A stretch of 64,000 nucleotides of DNA, taken from the NCBI RefSeq assembly GCF_009914755.1, contig NC_060947.1; one strand, 5' to 3'. Below, piece by piece: positions 1 to 14,200 of the stretch; within the stretch, counting starts at the first letter, position 1; each line of letters begins with the position of its first letter. The stretch is from the human T2T-CHM13v2.0 reference genome, Homo sapiens. The notes beneath the pieces were generated by a model. The model was given only the letters and a program-made list of their open reading frames with translations, was not told the DNA's origin and made no database searches. The translations under genes and the position numbers were made by a program.

Positions 1-800
1 TATCACATGGGATAGATAACTTGTCACTTTAGTTCACAGGCCTTCAGATCAAGAAGAATCATACTCAGGAAATTGAACTCGGAGAGTCTTATTCACATCT
101 AGAGCTAGTTTAGATGACAAGATACTGGACCTGATGCCATGGCACAGAGGGACTTTGGGTGGGGTGAGGCTGAGGGTTCTTGGGAGAGGTAGAGTGTGTT
201 TTGCTTATGGGAGGAATATAAATAATGTGTGGCCAGAGGGTGAATTATGGTGGTTTTGAAATGTGGTAGCAAATCCTTTGACACTCTTCCCATCAATAGG
301 AGCTAACTCTCCTCCCCACGAATCTGAGCAGGCTTGATATTGCTTTGATCAGTAGAAAGTGGAGGTGATGCTATGGTACTGCTAAGACTAGGTCATAGGA
401 GAAAATGCAAGCTTCTGCCTTGTGTGGCTGCAATACTCACTTTTGATGTCCAAGGACAGCAGATAAGAAATCCAACAATCCTGAAGTCTCTCTGTTGTGA
501 GAATGTCCAAACCACATAAAAAGGCCATGTGTAAGTGCTCTGGATAACAGATCAAGTGGAGCCAAACCTTTAGACATCCCATGCCTCATGACAGACATGT
601 GAGTGAAGAAGCCTCAGATGATTCCAGCAGCCACTCAAGTGTTCCCAGTGGAGGGACTGGATACTGGGTGTTGGAGATAGTCATCCTCACTGTGTCCTAT
701 CTAAATTTCTGACCCACAAAATCAGTGGCCATAATAAATTGGCTTTTGTTTTATGCGTTTACATTTGAGGTGATTTGTTACACAGCAATTAATAGCTGAC
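1..800 (+). mobile_element. MaLR (MLT1-type) internal 3' end followed by LTR (LTR ~248-800)
   Basis: MLT1-like LTR motifs (ctttgacactcttcccatc...gtgatttgttacacagcaat), preceded by a purine-tract-like tgtggccagaggg; recognised by recall, boundaries approximate. Confidence 0.6.
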
Positions 801-819
801 TATTCTTCTTATCCAGAAT

Positions 820-1810
820 ATATAAATAATGCAAAAATTATTAATGAAAAAAGCCAGAAAACACAAGAGAAAAATGAACAAGAGAATGCAAACAAGCACT
901 ATCCAAAGAAGGATATCAAAATGGCCAACATGCAAATGAAAAGGTGCTCAACCTTGTTAGTCATCAGGGAAATGCAAATTAAAACACAATGATATACCAC
1001 TTCACACCCACCAGAGTGGTTAAAAATAAAAATACAGACAACAAATATATGTACAGCTAAGAGGACTCTTACGAACTGCTGGCGAGAGTACAAGTTGATT
1101 CAAGCACTTTAGAAAAATTGTTTGGCAGTAATTTCTCCAGTTAAAAATATGCATATCCTAGGAACAGCAACGTCATTCTGAGGTTTATATTTAACATCCA
1201 TCCATGCACATGTGCACTAAAAGACTTGTACACAAATGTTCATGGCAGCATTATTCATTAAAGTCAAAGACTGAAAACATCCCCCATATCCATCAAGAAC
1301 AGATTGGATAAGTTAAGCTGGGGCGTATTAGTAAGATGGAATACGGTGCAACAATTAAATGAATGATCTACAGCTATATGTAACAACATAGATGGATCTC
1401 AAAACATAAACTTTAGTAAGAAAAGCCAAATATAAATAAGACATCCTGTATAGTTTGACATATATATTATATTATATGTGTGTATATATAATATATATTA
1501 TATATATAATATATATAATATATATATAATACATAGTATATATTATATATAATATATATTATATATATAATATATATATATAATCACAAAACAGGAAAAA
1601 AGCAATCAGTAGTATTATATGACATAATAGCATTTTCTTTGCGGATGGAAGAAGGAAGTACTAATTGTAAAGGAGCGTGAGGGAATTCTGGGTTTGTGGA
1701 AATATTGTTTCTTAATCTAAGGGGTTGTTACATTGGTGTATTAACTCTGTAATAATTTATTGAGCAACAGGTATGCAAGTTTTCAGGTAGGTTATATGTC
1801 AATAAAGGAA
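820..1810 (+). mobile_element. Old L1M 3' fragment
   Basis: Degenerate ORF2 C-terminal motifs (gatatcaaaatggccaaca, gggaaatgcaaattaaaacacaatgatataccac, atgttcatggcagcattattcat). Confidence 0.7.
1459..1582. repeat. (TA)n low-complexity tract
   Basis: Directly visible TA/TAA-rich run. Confidence 0.9.
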
Positions 1811-2459
1811 AGTGGAAAAAAAGACAATGGAAATTTAGATTTGACAGGTTAAATGAAGTTGAGACAGAAAGAGGGGAAGTTGTGAATTCACTCCATGAAT
1901 ACCAGCCACCAGGCTAAGAAGACTGCTTTGAGGGATGAGGTTGAATGAGAGCCATCCCATCAGATACAAAGTTCTCACATATATTAAGGTTTCCCAACAG
2001 ACTGGCAAAAAAGGGAAAATTGCGGGCAATAAAGAAACATTAATAAAATGATAAATTTAAAAATGCACAGGTAAATAGAACATATTTAAAAATTCATTGG
2101 GGTGGTGGGGTTTATTTGTTTCTGTTAAAGAAGAGAGAGAAAAAGAGAAGGCGGAAAATTGTCCACTGTGGAAAATATACCTCCCCTATGATACCCAAGA
2201 CACACAATAAAATTTAACATATGTGACATGAGTAGCTATCTTCTGAAGCAAGAGGAATCGCAGGAATTATATTATCAGAACATTACGAGGCTAAAGTCAA
2301 AGGAATTAAGAACCTAAAACTCCCAGAATTTAGGGGGCCTGAGTAGGAATTGGGGCATTTACTGAGCTTGCAGGACTGCTAGGTTTTTGGTAAATATCAC
2401 CAGTCACATGCGTGACTCATAGCGTCAAGCTATGAGATAAGTTATGTGAAAAAGCTTCA

Positions 2460-2900
2460 CTATTCTTTCACCTGTTCAGCAAATATTTTGTGTGTGTGCT
2501 TACTACATGCTAGGGACTATTGTAGGCCCTGTGAAGGAAGATGAGTCCTTTTTCACGGCTTCATAAACTAGATGGAGAGACACAGGAGGAGACCAACAAG
2601 TACGGCACAGAACAACCAGGGATAGAAGTGGACTCTGAGCTGTCTTCTCTAGAAGAACAGCTACTGCATTGGAACTCATCTGGGGGTAAGTGGACAGCAG
2701 GAAGGTCTATAAAACAGGAAGAAGGACATGGATAGATTAATAGAAAAGAGCACTCTTGGCTGAACTTCCACAGGTCATTCGAAGATATACAAGTAAATGT
2801 AGCTGGAGCAAAGGTTATCAAAGAAGAAATGACAGAATGTTTAGCTGGAGGTAAGGCAGGGCCTTGACCACCAAGACCATACTGTCAGGAACTGTGCAGT
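2460..2900 (-). mobile_element. Probable L2 fragment
   Basis: ttcagcaaatatttt...gcttactacatgctagggactattgtaggccctg resembles the L2 3' end; highly degenerate. Confidence 0.4.
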
Positions 2901-3206
2901 GTCTGGTATTTTACCCTACTCACTAGTTAACAAGTTTGTCTGCCATAGTCTCACAGATGAGTCTGTGTCACAGAAAAAGGAAGTTATTACTGAGGATACA
3001 ACAAGAAGCATGAACTTCAAAGTTTTGTAAGTTTACCTCATCCCTCCCCTGCTTGTCCCATGTGACATGTCATGATTCAGGTACATATCATGCATGTATG
3101 GGGTTATTGTCACAGCTGAGGGACATTAAAGTTATGTAATCTTAATCTTTTATAATGGACTGTAAGCAAACCTCCCTGACCCTGTCCTAGAGGAAGACAT
3201 TATCTT

Positions 3207-4313
3207 ATTATTATTATTATTATTATTATTTTTATTATACTTTAAGCTTTAGGGTACATGTGCACAACATGCAGGTTTGTTACATATGTATACATGTGCC
3301 ATGTTGGTGTGCTGCACCCATTAACTCGTCATTTACATTAGGTATATCTCCTAATGCTATCCCTCCCCCCTCCCCCCACCCCACAACAGGCCCTGGTGTG
3401 TGATGTTCCCCTTCCTGTGTCCATGTGTTCTCATTGTTCAATTCCCACCTATGAGTGAGAACATGTGGTGTTTAGTTTTTTGTCTTTGCGATAGTTTGCT
3501 GAGAATGATGGTTTCCAGCTTCATCCATGTCCCTACAAAGGACATGAACTCATCATTTTTTATGGATGCGTAGTATTCCATGGTGTATATGTGCCACATT
3601 TTCTTAATCCAGTCTATCATTGATGGACATTTGGGTTGGTTCCAAGTCTTTGCTATTGTGAATAGTGCTGCAATAAACATACGTGTGCATGTGTCTTTAT
3701 AGCAGCATGATTTATAATCCTTTGGGTATATACCCAGTAATGGGATGGCTGGGTCAAATGGTATTTCTAGTTCTAGATCCCTGAGGAATCGCCACACTGC
3801 CTTCCACAATGGTTGAACTAGTTTACAGTCCCACCAACAGTGTAAAAGTGTTCCTATTTCTCCACATCCTCTCCAGCACCTGTTGTTTCCTGACTTTTTA
3901 ATGATCGCCATTCTAACTGGTGTGAGATGGTATCTCATTGTGGTTTTGATTTGCGTTTCTCTGATGGCCAGTGATGATAAGCATTTTTTCATGTTTTTGG
4001 CTGCATAAATGTCTTCTTTTGAGAAGTGTCTGTTCATATCCTTCACCCAATTTTGATGGGGTTGTTTGTTTTTTTCTTGTAAATTTGTTTGAGTTCATTG
4101 TAGATTCTGGATATTAGCCCTTTGTCAGATGAGTAGATTGCAAAGATTTTCTCCCATTCTGTGCAAGGCTGGTTCAACATACGCAAATCAATAAACATAA
4201 TCCAGCATATAAACAGAACCAATGACAACCACATGATTATCTCAATAGATACAGAAAAGGCCTTTGACAAAATTCAACAACCTTCATGCTAAAAACTCTC
4301 AATAAATTAGGTA
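3207..4313 (-). mobile_element. L1PA, 5'-truncated, with 5' inversion
   Basis: Minus-strand ORF 3438-4046 is the L1 ORF2p C-terminus ([26 protein letters not shown]). (TAA)n tail at left. ~4162-4313 is ORF2 in the opposite orientation. TSD aagacattatctt at 3194-3206 and 4314-4326. Confidence 0.95.
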
Positions 4314-4639
4314 AAGACATTATCTTTATTGGACTGGAGAATAAGTAAACCTTCCCTTTCCTCTGGAGAAAAACCATCTCTATCTTCCAAGGCTGTTCAC
4401 TATACAAATAGCCTTGAAAAGACAGTCGGGAACAGGAGGGCAGTTAGTTAGTTACCTTCCAAAATGTGCAGAAACACAATCATCCATGTAGAATTTTCTC
4501 CCAAGACTAGACTAAGAGGCTCAGGGGCTTGAAGGTTACATCCTGGAAGCAGAGGGGAAGGGAAACATTGAGAGAATTTTAATCATGGAGGAGATTTTGA
4601 CTTCTTTGGTCAGCTTATTTTTTTTTTTTTTTTTTTTGG

Positions 4640-7310
4640 TGAACAGACTTTAGATTTACAACATTTTTAGATTCACAGAAATATTGCAAACATAGTAAAG
4701 AGAGTTCCCAGATACTCCCTAACCCAATTTCCCTTATTATTAATTTACATGGGTATGGTACATTTGTTACAGTATTGATACATTATTATTAACTAAAGTC
4801 TATAATCTATTCAGATTTCCTTAGTCTTTCCCTAATGTCCTTTTTGTTGTTGTTGTTTTGGTATCCCATCTAGAATAACACACTATATTTGCTGTCATAT
4901 CTCTGTAGGATATTATTGGCTGTGATAGTTTCTCAGACTTTCTTTGTATTTTATGACCTTGACAATATTTAGGACTACTGGTTAGGTACTTTGTGTAATG
5001 CCTATCTACTGAGATTTGTTGGGTGTCTTTCTCGTAGTTAGATTGGGGTTTTGTGCTTTTGGCAGAAAACCACAAAAATAAAGTTCAATTTTTATAATAT
5101 CAGGGGTATATACTATCAATATGACTTATCGCCGATGTTGACTTTTATCACTTGGCTGAGATAGTGTTTGTCAAGTTTCTCCACCATGAAGCTATTTTTT
5201 CCCTCTCTTTTATACTGCACTCTTTGAAAGGAAATAGCTATGCATGGTGACTTCTATTCCTCTACTCCACACTTAAGAAATGGGAATTTATATTCCCTTC
5301 CTTATAATTCTTCTACAAGGGGTAATTGTCTCTTTACCCCATTTATTTATTAAATCATTTATTTATATCGATAAGAACTCATGGAAATTTATTTTATACT
5401 TGAGGTTATAATCCAATACTACTTTATTCTGCTGTTCAAATTGATTCAGCTTTGGCCATTGGGAGTTCTTTCTGCTGGCTCCTTGGTCCCTTTGACACAC
5501 CTCCATCAATGTAGGGTTTTTAAATTACTTTATAACTTTCTGGCACTAAAAGATGCTTTGGCTCATTTTGTATACTCCTTGCCTCAGTCCTAGAATCATT
5601 TCTCCAAAGACACTTGGTTAATTTACTGGAAAATGGTTTTAGAAACCTAAATCTGACTGCTAGAAGTGCTCTTTGCTCCTGGGAATTTGTTGTTTCTAGG
5701 CCCTCTCAGCTGACAGAACAAGGAGATATGTGTGTTTACTAACCTGTATATGTACACATGTCTATAAATATTTAATACATGAAAAATCTGTATCCATATT
5801 AACGTGAGCATGATTTCAAACTAATGTATTCAACTCTAAATCATTGCCACAAGAATTAAGGTAAACTCCTCTTGCTTTTCTATAACCTCCCATTCAATCA
5901 GTGAAAAATATGGCTCTCCCATCTACCATTCATTTACTTAGCTGTCCAATTTCAGCATACATGTATAGCAGCATCAGAATTGCTAATCTGTACCTCCAAG
6001 GGAAATAACTTTACCAACTAGAGTACTGTGCTTATGTGCAGTTCATTTTGCCTTTAATTTTACAGTCTGCTGTCATTTCCAGAGTTACTTTGGTCAGCAC
6101 CTTTTCCCCCAACCTCTTCACTAAGATTATTTCATACACTTAGAATACAGTTGGATTTTATTGTCATAGTATGCATTCCTTCTTGGGAATCACCTGATAG
6201 CCTAAATGACTTTTTAAAAATTTGTGTAAATGGAGGTTTATATTTTGTGCTGTAAAGTTCTATGGGCTTTAAAAAATGTATAATGTCATAAATCTACCAT
6301 TAAAGTATAATACAGCATATTTTGACCACCCTAAAATTCCCCTGTGTTTCAGCTACTCAACTCTCATTCCATCCTCCAAACCCCTGGCAACCACTGATAT
6401 TTTTGTTATCTCCATAGTTGTACCTTTTCCAGAATTTCATGCAATTGAGATTATACATTTTTTCACCTTTTCATACTGGCTTCTTTTACTTAACTATACA
6501 TATTTAAGGTACATCTCGGTCTTTTCATAACTTAATAGCTAATTTCTATTTACAATAAAAATAAATAGATTTAAATGTATGGATATACTATGGTTTATTT
6601 ATTTATTCATCTATTGAAAAGCATCTTGGTTGTTTCCATTTTCTGGTTATTACGAATAAAGCTGTTGTATACATTCATATGCATTTGTTGTGTGAACATA
6701 AGTTTTCAAATATGTTGGATAAATATTTAGGAACATTATTGCTGATTCATATATAGTTAGCTTTGCAAGGCTATGTTAACTTTTGAAGGAATAGTCAAAT
6801 TGTCTTCCAAAGTGGTTGTGGCATTTTACATTCTCATAAACACTAAATAAGTTCTTCTTACTCTGCATTTTTCTCAGTATTTAGTATTGTTAACTCCTGG
6901 ATTGTAACCATTTTAATAGGTTTGTAGAGGTATCACATTGTTGTGTAATTTGTAGTACTTTAATGACAAATGACATTGAACATCTTTTCATATGCTTATT
7001 TCACATCTGTATGTCTTCTTTGGTGAAGCGTCTGAATATTTTGTCTGTTTTTGATTAGGTTGTATGTTTTCTTATATCTAAGGTTTAAATATTCTTTTTA
7101 ATATTTTAGATACAAGTTCTTTGTCATATATGTGCTTTGAAAATATTTTCTTCTGGTCTGTGGCTTGTATTTTCATTCTCTTAACAGTGTATTTCAGAGA
7201 GTAGAATATTTTAATTTTAATCAAGTCCAGTATCATCAACTTTTTTCATGGATCTTGGTATTGTTACTGAATTTAATAACTCATTGACAAAGCCAAAGTC
7301 ACCTCAAAAT
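4640..7310 (-). mobile_element. Old L1M (L1MC/MD-like) 3' region
   Basis: Antisense L1 motifs (ttccaaagtggttgtggcattttacattctca, catcttttcatatgcttattt); approximate limits. Confidence 0.65.
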
Positions 7311-9400
7311 TTATCATACAATTACAAATTAAGAAGGCATGGTGTTGTTTCAAGTAAAATAAACCAATGGAACCCAATGGAGATCACAGAAACAGACCCA
7401 TATATATGTGAATATATGCTTTAAGGCTTTAAGACAAAGGTAGTATTGCTGAGCAGTAGTGAACGGATGATTCGTTCAACAAAACTTACTGGGGCAAATG
7501 AAAACATTTATGTAAAAAGAGAATTATACCTCAAAAGCTACATAGTAATCATTTCCAATATGGATCATAAGTCTTAATGAGAAAAGAAAATCAATAAAAC
7601 TTCTAGAAGGTAATATACATGAATATTTTTGTTGCTCTAGAGTAGATAATGATAAAGCAAAACTAACCACAAAGCACTAATAGTAAATGAAAAGACCGAT
7701 AAATTGGACTACATTAAAATTAAGAGCTTTGGTTATTATTTAAAAAGCATTAAAACAACGAAAAGACAAGCCACACTTGTAGAAGACATTTGCAACACAT
7801 AAAATAAACCAGGTTATTTATACATCTACAGTGTATAAATAACTTCTGCAAGTCAATAATAAAGTGACAGAATGATGTAAAAATGTGTGAGAGACTGAAA
7901 CAGACACTTCACAAAAGAAGATATACAAATAGCCAACAAGCATATAAAATGGTGATCAACCTATTTGCCTATAAATGCAGGAGTGCAAGTTTAAACCACT
8001 GTGAAATACTACAACATGCCCACTACAGCTGATAAAATTGAATAGCTGTCTTAATTAACTGTTGATAAGGATGTAAAATGACAGGAATGCTCAATACACA
8101 CCACTGTTGGGAATGTAAATTGCTATGACCTCTTGGGAAAACAACAGGGCATTACTCATATTTGAGTAAATGATCAAAATATATCCCAGCAATTGCTGTT
8201 GAATATGTACATGAATTTTCATGGGAGAATTATTCATAATAGTCCCAAAGTAGAAAAACCCTAAATATTTATCACTAATAAAATGGATTTTAAAATGGTG
8301 AATTATTCATACATTGAAATACTATGCAGCAATGAGAATGAACAAATGTGAAATCACCAACATGAATGAATCTCACAAATATCTTTGAATTAAAGAAAGA
8401 AACCCCACACAAAAGAATATATACTGTATGATTCCACTTATATAAGTGAAAAATAAGCAAAACTAAAATATTACTAGGCAACACAAAGGAACAAAATACT
8501 GATATATGCAACAATATTGCCAAATAATAATTGTGATACCAAAAAAAGCTGCATACAAAGCAGTATAAATGGTATGATTCCATTTGTATGAAATTCCAGA
8601 CAAGGCTGGGTGCAGTGGCTCAGTAATCCCAGTACTTTGGGAGGCTGAGGTAGGTGGACCGTTTGAGCCCAGGAGTTAGAGACCAGCCTGGGCAACATGG
8701 AGAAACCCCGTCTCTACTAAAAATACAAAAATTAGCTGTGTGTGGTGGCATGCATCTGTAATCCCAGCTACTCGCAGAGGGGCTGAAGCAAGAGGATCAC
8801 TGGAGCCTTCGGAGGTTGAGGCTGCAGTGAGCCATGATCGGGCCACTGCACTCCAACCTAGGTGACAGAGTGATACCCTGTCTCAAAAAATAAAATAAAA
8901 AAAATAACAATAAAGAAATTCTAGACAAGGGAAAACTAATCTATAGTAACAGACAGCAGATAAGTAGTTGCCTGGGTCCTGAGGTGGGGAAAGATTGCCA
9001 AGAAACATAAGGAAATGTTTTGGAGTAATACAAATGTTCTATACTTTGATTATGGTAGTGGATACAGAGGTATATACATTTGTCAAAACTCATTAAACTG
9101 TATATATAAAAGAGTGGATTTTATTGTATGTAATTTATTCCTTAATAAAGTTGATTTTTAAACAAAAGGTAAGCATAACTAATTTATGATGATAGAAGTC
9201 AGAATAGTGGTTATTGCTGGGGGTTAATGACTGATGAAATATAGGGAAGAATTCTGGAGTACTGATAATGTTCTAATCTAAATTTGGGTGGTAGTAAAAG
9301 GGTTGGTTTTACTTTATAAAAATGCATAAAATCATATACTTACAATTTGTGCCCTTCTCTATATGTATATTATATGTCAATAAGAAATTTACATTAAAAT
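7310..9400 (+). mobile_element. Old L1M fragments, interrupted by an Alu
   Basis: Sense ORF2/3'UTR motifs (agacacttcacaaaagaagatatacaaatagccaacaagcat; gtatgattccatttgtatgaaattccaga). Confidence 0.65.
8604..8914 (+). mobile_element. Alu (old, AluJ-like)
   Basis: Dimeric Alu with A tail; TSD gaaattc(c/t)agacaa at 8590-8603 and 8915-8928. Confidence 0.93.
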
Positions 9401-10049
9401 TGTCAACGAAAATTAGCAAACATGTAAAGCAAAATAAATTCTTATAAGTTATAAAGACTGCTTGATGCTCCTTTATGAAGGGGCTCTCTGAGACCCCTGC
9501 CATTCAGCCAGTCATTCTTATTTGTGCACAGTGGAAGTCAAAGAAGAAGAGACTTCAGGTGAGTAAGAACTCTTCTATGTATGGGACTTATAAAATAGAA
9601 ATTATTATAACCACTTTGGAAAATGATGTGACATCATCTACTACATCTGAAATATATATGTATATGTATGTATATATACACATATTTTATATATCTCTGT
9701 ATATAAAACCATCAATTGCTATCCTAGGCATATACCTGAGAGTTATTTTTTCATATGTTTACTAAAATACGTGTACAAAAATGCTCATAGTAGCATTATC
9801 TAGAATAACTCCACATTTGAAATAAGCTACATGTCTATAAACAGTAGGAGAGATAAATTATTTGTGATATAGTCATAAAATGAGCTTCAGTACACCAATG
9901 AAAAATCTAAAAACCGGAATTACATTAATAACATGAACAAATCTCACAAATATAATGTTGAAAAAAAGTAGCTAGAACAAAAAAAGAGTGCATACATTAT
10001 GATTTCATGTATATAAAGGTCAAAATCTAGGTTACCCTAGGCACTGCTT

Positions 10050-11990
10050 TCTTTGAAGAGGTAGAAAGTTGCAAGAGAACATCACGCCCATCCTAACAAT
10101 AAGAAGCCTCCATATATTCTATCAAATCAGAACTTTTATTGAACCATTCAGAAAGCTGGGTTTGCAAGGCAGTCAAGGGAATTAAATTCCAAAGGATGAC
10201 GATCCCTCCAAGGAGAGACAGGACACACAAACTAAATTTTGGCAGAAAACAGGAGTAATAGGCATCATAGAAGCAAGTAATAAGAAATCAGCTAAACTTT
10301 TAATGAATTTCTAAAGCCCAAGTGTGGCTTATCATCTCGGTTTAGACTAACTTGGAGTCCCCGATATAGAAAAGTTCTTACTCACTTAAAGTCTCTTCTT
10401 TACTTCCACTGGGCACAAGTAAGAATAACTGGCCCAACAGCAGGAGATTGAGAGAGGCCATTCATGAAGGAGCAGCAAACCATCTCAATCCTAGGAACTC
10501 TAGCGGAGGGCCAAAAGCAAAATCTGTGTGCCTGGGGGTGGGTGGGGTGGGTGGTAGAAAACCTTTTTTTTCTACCTTCAAACACGATGAAAGGTCTGTA
10601 GCTTCTGAGGGAAGGGTGAAAGCAAAAGCCATCTGCCCATGGGGGAGGGGCAGACAAACCTTTGGGGCTGTATCCCGCATCAATACAAAGCAGAGTTCTG
10701 TTATCAATGTAAATGGGGCAAGGGCAAGTACTTTCTTCTGTTTGAGACCTTCCAAAGATACAGGGCAAAGTTTGACTGCCAAGAGAGGGAGACAAAGAAA
10801 TGCTAAGGAGACCTCACCTCAGAAAACTAGACATACAGGTTCTGAATAAGACTGAGGCTGCACGAAAAGAACCAAGGACCCCAGCTGCTGCGACCACAAG
10901 GTCAACATGAAATAAAGGGCAGCAGTAGTCTACCACTAGGGAGTGGGGGTGTGGGGGGGAGAATGCAGATTGAGAGCCCCATCGTGACACCATTGTATTA
11001 AGATTGCTAAAAGCTGAGAAAGGAGCAGAAACACTGAGGAAAACTCTACAGTGTCACCCTCTTCACAGTACACACAAATAACAGTTTGATAGTGGAAGAT
11101 TTTGGAGCTGGTAACAACAACAAAATCGAAATCTAAGTAACCTACCGTACCAACTAAATTGACTAACACACTGATATCCAGCAGAAGAAGCAGATGTCAA
11201 TTTCTAGACATAAATGCTAGTTACCTACTCACCTGTACTGTTCTTCTACAAATGATGTCTGGCATTAATTTAAAAATTACAAAACCATAAAAAGTCAAGA
11301 AAATCAAACCATTCCTACGACAAAAAGCAACGAACAGAACTGGACTCAAAGATGACCCAGATGTTGGTTATATAAGAAAGAAACTTTAAAATAACGACAA
11401 TTAATATGTTAAAGAATCTATTGGGAAAGTTTAATATTATACGTGAAGAGATTGGCAACTTCCTAAGAAAAAAATGTAAACTATAAGAAAGAATGAAATT
11501 GAAATTCCAGAATTAAACCCAGTATCTATCAATAGGCTCATTGACAGAATAAACACCATAGAAGAAAGACAGAATAAACTGGAGATGTCAACAGAAATTA
11601 TTCAAAATAAAACACAAAAAGAAAAGAAGTGAATAAAACGCAATAGGGCATTCAAGAATGATAGGACAATAACTAATTGTCTAGAGTACATATCATTGGA
11701 GTTATAGGAGAAGAGAGAAAAGAGTTCAAGGGTCAAAGATACATTTGAAAAGATGATGGCCAACAATTTTCCAAAATTAATGAAAGACAAAAATCCAAAG
11801 ATCCACTTAGCTCAAGGAACACTAAATAGGAGAAAAAAGATAGCTAGTACTGCAACTGAAAAAAATCAGATAAATATAAAATCTCCAGGACAATAAGAAG
11901 AAAAAAATACATACAGAGAAACAAAGATAAGAATTACAGCAGATTCTCATACAATATGTAACCTATTTAGCTTGGCTTTTTAAAAAAATT
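10050..11990 (+). mobile_element. Old L1M 5'UTR/ORF1 relic
   Basis: ORF1-like degenerate motifs (atttgaaaagatgatggccaacaattttccaaaattaatgaaagac; gataagaattacagcagattctcat). Confidence 0.6.
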
Positions 11991-14200
11991 CAGCAAAAAC
12001 TATCATACTGAATGGGGAACAACTGGAAGCCCTTCCTCTAAGATCTGGAGCATGACAAGAATGTCCACTTTCAACATAGTACTGGAAGTCTTAGCTAGAG
12101 CAATCAGACAAGAGAACAAAAATAAAGGGCATCCAAACTGGAAAGAAATAAGTCAAATTATCCTTGTTTGCTGATGATATAATTTTATATTTGGAAAAAC
12201 TGAAAGACTCCGCAAAAAACTATTAAAACTGATGAATTCAGTAAAGTTGCAGGACACAAAATCAACATACAAAAACAAGTAGCATTTCTATACGTCAACG
12301 GTAAAAAGAAATAAAAAGTAACCCATTTACAATAGCTACAAATAAAATTAAATACATAACAATTAACCAAAGAAGTGAAATGTCTCTACAATGAAAGCCA
12401 TAAAACATTTATGCAGGAAATTGAAGAGGACACAAAAAAATGGAAATGTATTTGATGCTCATGGATTAGAAGGAAAAAATGCTTAAACTGTCCATACTAC
12501 CCAAAGCAATCCACAGATTCACTGCAATCTCTATCAAAATACCAATGGCATTCTTCACCGAAATAGAAAAAATAACTGAAAAATTTACATGGAACCACGA
12601 AAGACCCAGAATAGCCAAACCTATCCTAAGCAAAGTGAACAAAACTGGAGAAATCACATTACCTGACATGAAATTATACTACATAGCTATAGTAAACAAA
12701 ATACCACGTTACTCATATAAAAACAGACACACAGACCAATGGAACAGAATAAAGAAACCAGAAACAAACCCATACATCTACAGTGAACTCATTTTCAACA
12801 AAGGCTACCAAGATGCCAGCAGCATACATTGGGGAAAGGACAGTCTCTTCAATAAATGGTCCTGGGAAAACTGGATATCCACATGCAGAAGAATGAAACT
12901 AGACCCCTATCTCTTGCCATATACAAAATTAAATAAAAATGGATTAAAGACTTAAATTTAAGTCTCCAGACTATGAAACAACTAAAAGAAAACATTGTTG
13001 TTTTGCCAGGACGTAGGACTTGGCAAAGATTTCTTGAGTAATTCTCCACAAGCACAGACAACTAAAGTAAAAATGGACAAATGTGACCACAGAAAGTTAA
13101 AACACTTCTGCACAGCAAAGGAAAGTCCACAATGTGAAGAGACAGCCCACAGAAACCCACAGAATGGGAGGAAAATATTTGCAAACTACACACCTGACAA
13201 GGGATTAATAACCAGAATATATAAGGAGTTGCAACAATCCCATACGAAAACATCTAATAATCTGATTTTAAAGTGGCAAAATATCTGAATAGATATTTCT
13301 CAAAAGAGGACATACAAAAGGCAAACAGATGTATTGAAAGGTGCTCAACGTTATTGATCATCAGGGAAATGCAAATCAAAACTACAATTAGATATCATCT
13401 CATCCCAGGTAAAATGGCTTATATCGAAAACACAGGCAATAACAAATGCTGGCAATGATGTGGAGAGAAGGGAACCCTCATACACTATTGGTGGAATGTA
13501 ATTTAGTACAACCACTATGGAGAATAGCTTGGAGGTTCTTCAAAAAACTAAAAATAGAACTACCATAGGATGTAGCAATCCCACTGCCAGGTATATACCC
13601 AAAAGAAAGGAAATCAGTATATCAAAGAGATATCTGCACTTTCATGCAGCACTGTTCACAATATCCAAGATTTGTAATCAACCTAATTATCCATCAACAG
13701 ATGAATGGATAAAAGATATGTGGTACATAAACACAATGGAGTACTATTCAGCCATAAAAAGAATGAGATCCTGTCATTTGCAACAACATGGATGGCACTG
13801 GAGGTCATTATGACAAACTTTGCATGTTCTTATTATTTGTGGGAGCTAAAAATTAAAACAATTGAACTCATGCAGATAGAGAATAGAAAGATGGTTACCA
13901 GAGTCTAGGAAAGATAGGGGTTTGGGGGGAAGTAGGGATGGTTAATTGGCACAAAAATAATAGAAAGAATGAAAAATATCTAGTATTTGATAGCACAACA
14001 GGGTGAGTATAGTCAATAATAATTTAATTGTACATTGTAAAATAACTAAAGGAGTATAATTGGATTGTTCGTTAAAAGGATAAATGCTTGAGGTGATGGA
14101 TATCCCATTTACCTTGATGTGCTTATTATGCATTGTGTACCTTTATCAAAATATTTCATGTACTTCATGAATATATACCCACAAAAATTTTTTAAAAATT
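11990..14200 (+). mobile_element. L1MA-type element (ORF2 3' half and 3'UTR)
   Basis: Frameshifted ORF2 pieces ([19 protein letters not shown]...[15 protein letters not shown]) and L1MA-type 3'UTR (tagtatttgatagcacaacagggtga). Confidence 0.88.

Noticed and set aside
5560-7300. Similarity to 58300-60100, suggesting a third duplicated unit
   Set aside because: Explainable as the same old L1 family 3' region; no shared unique flank seen
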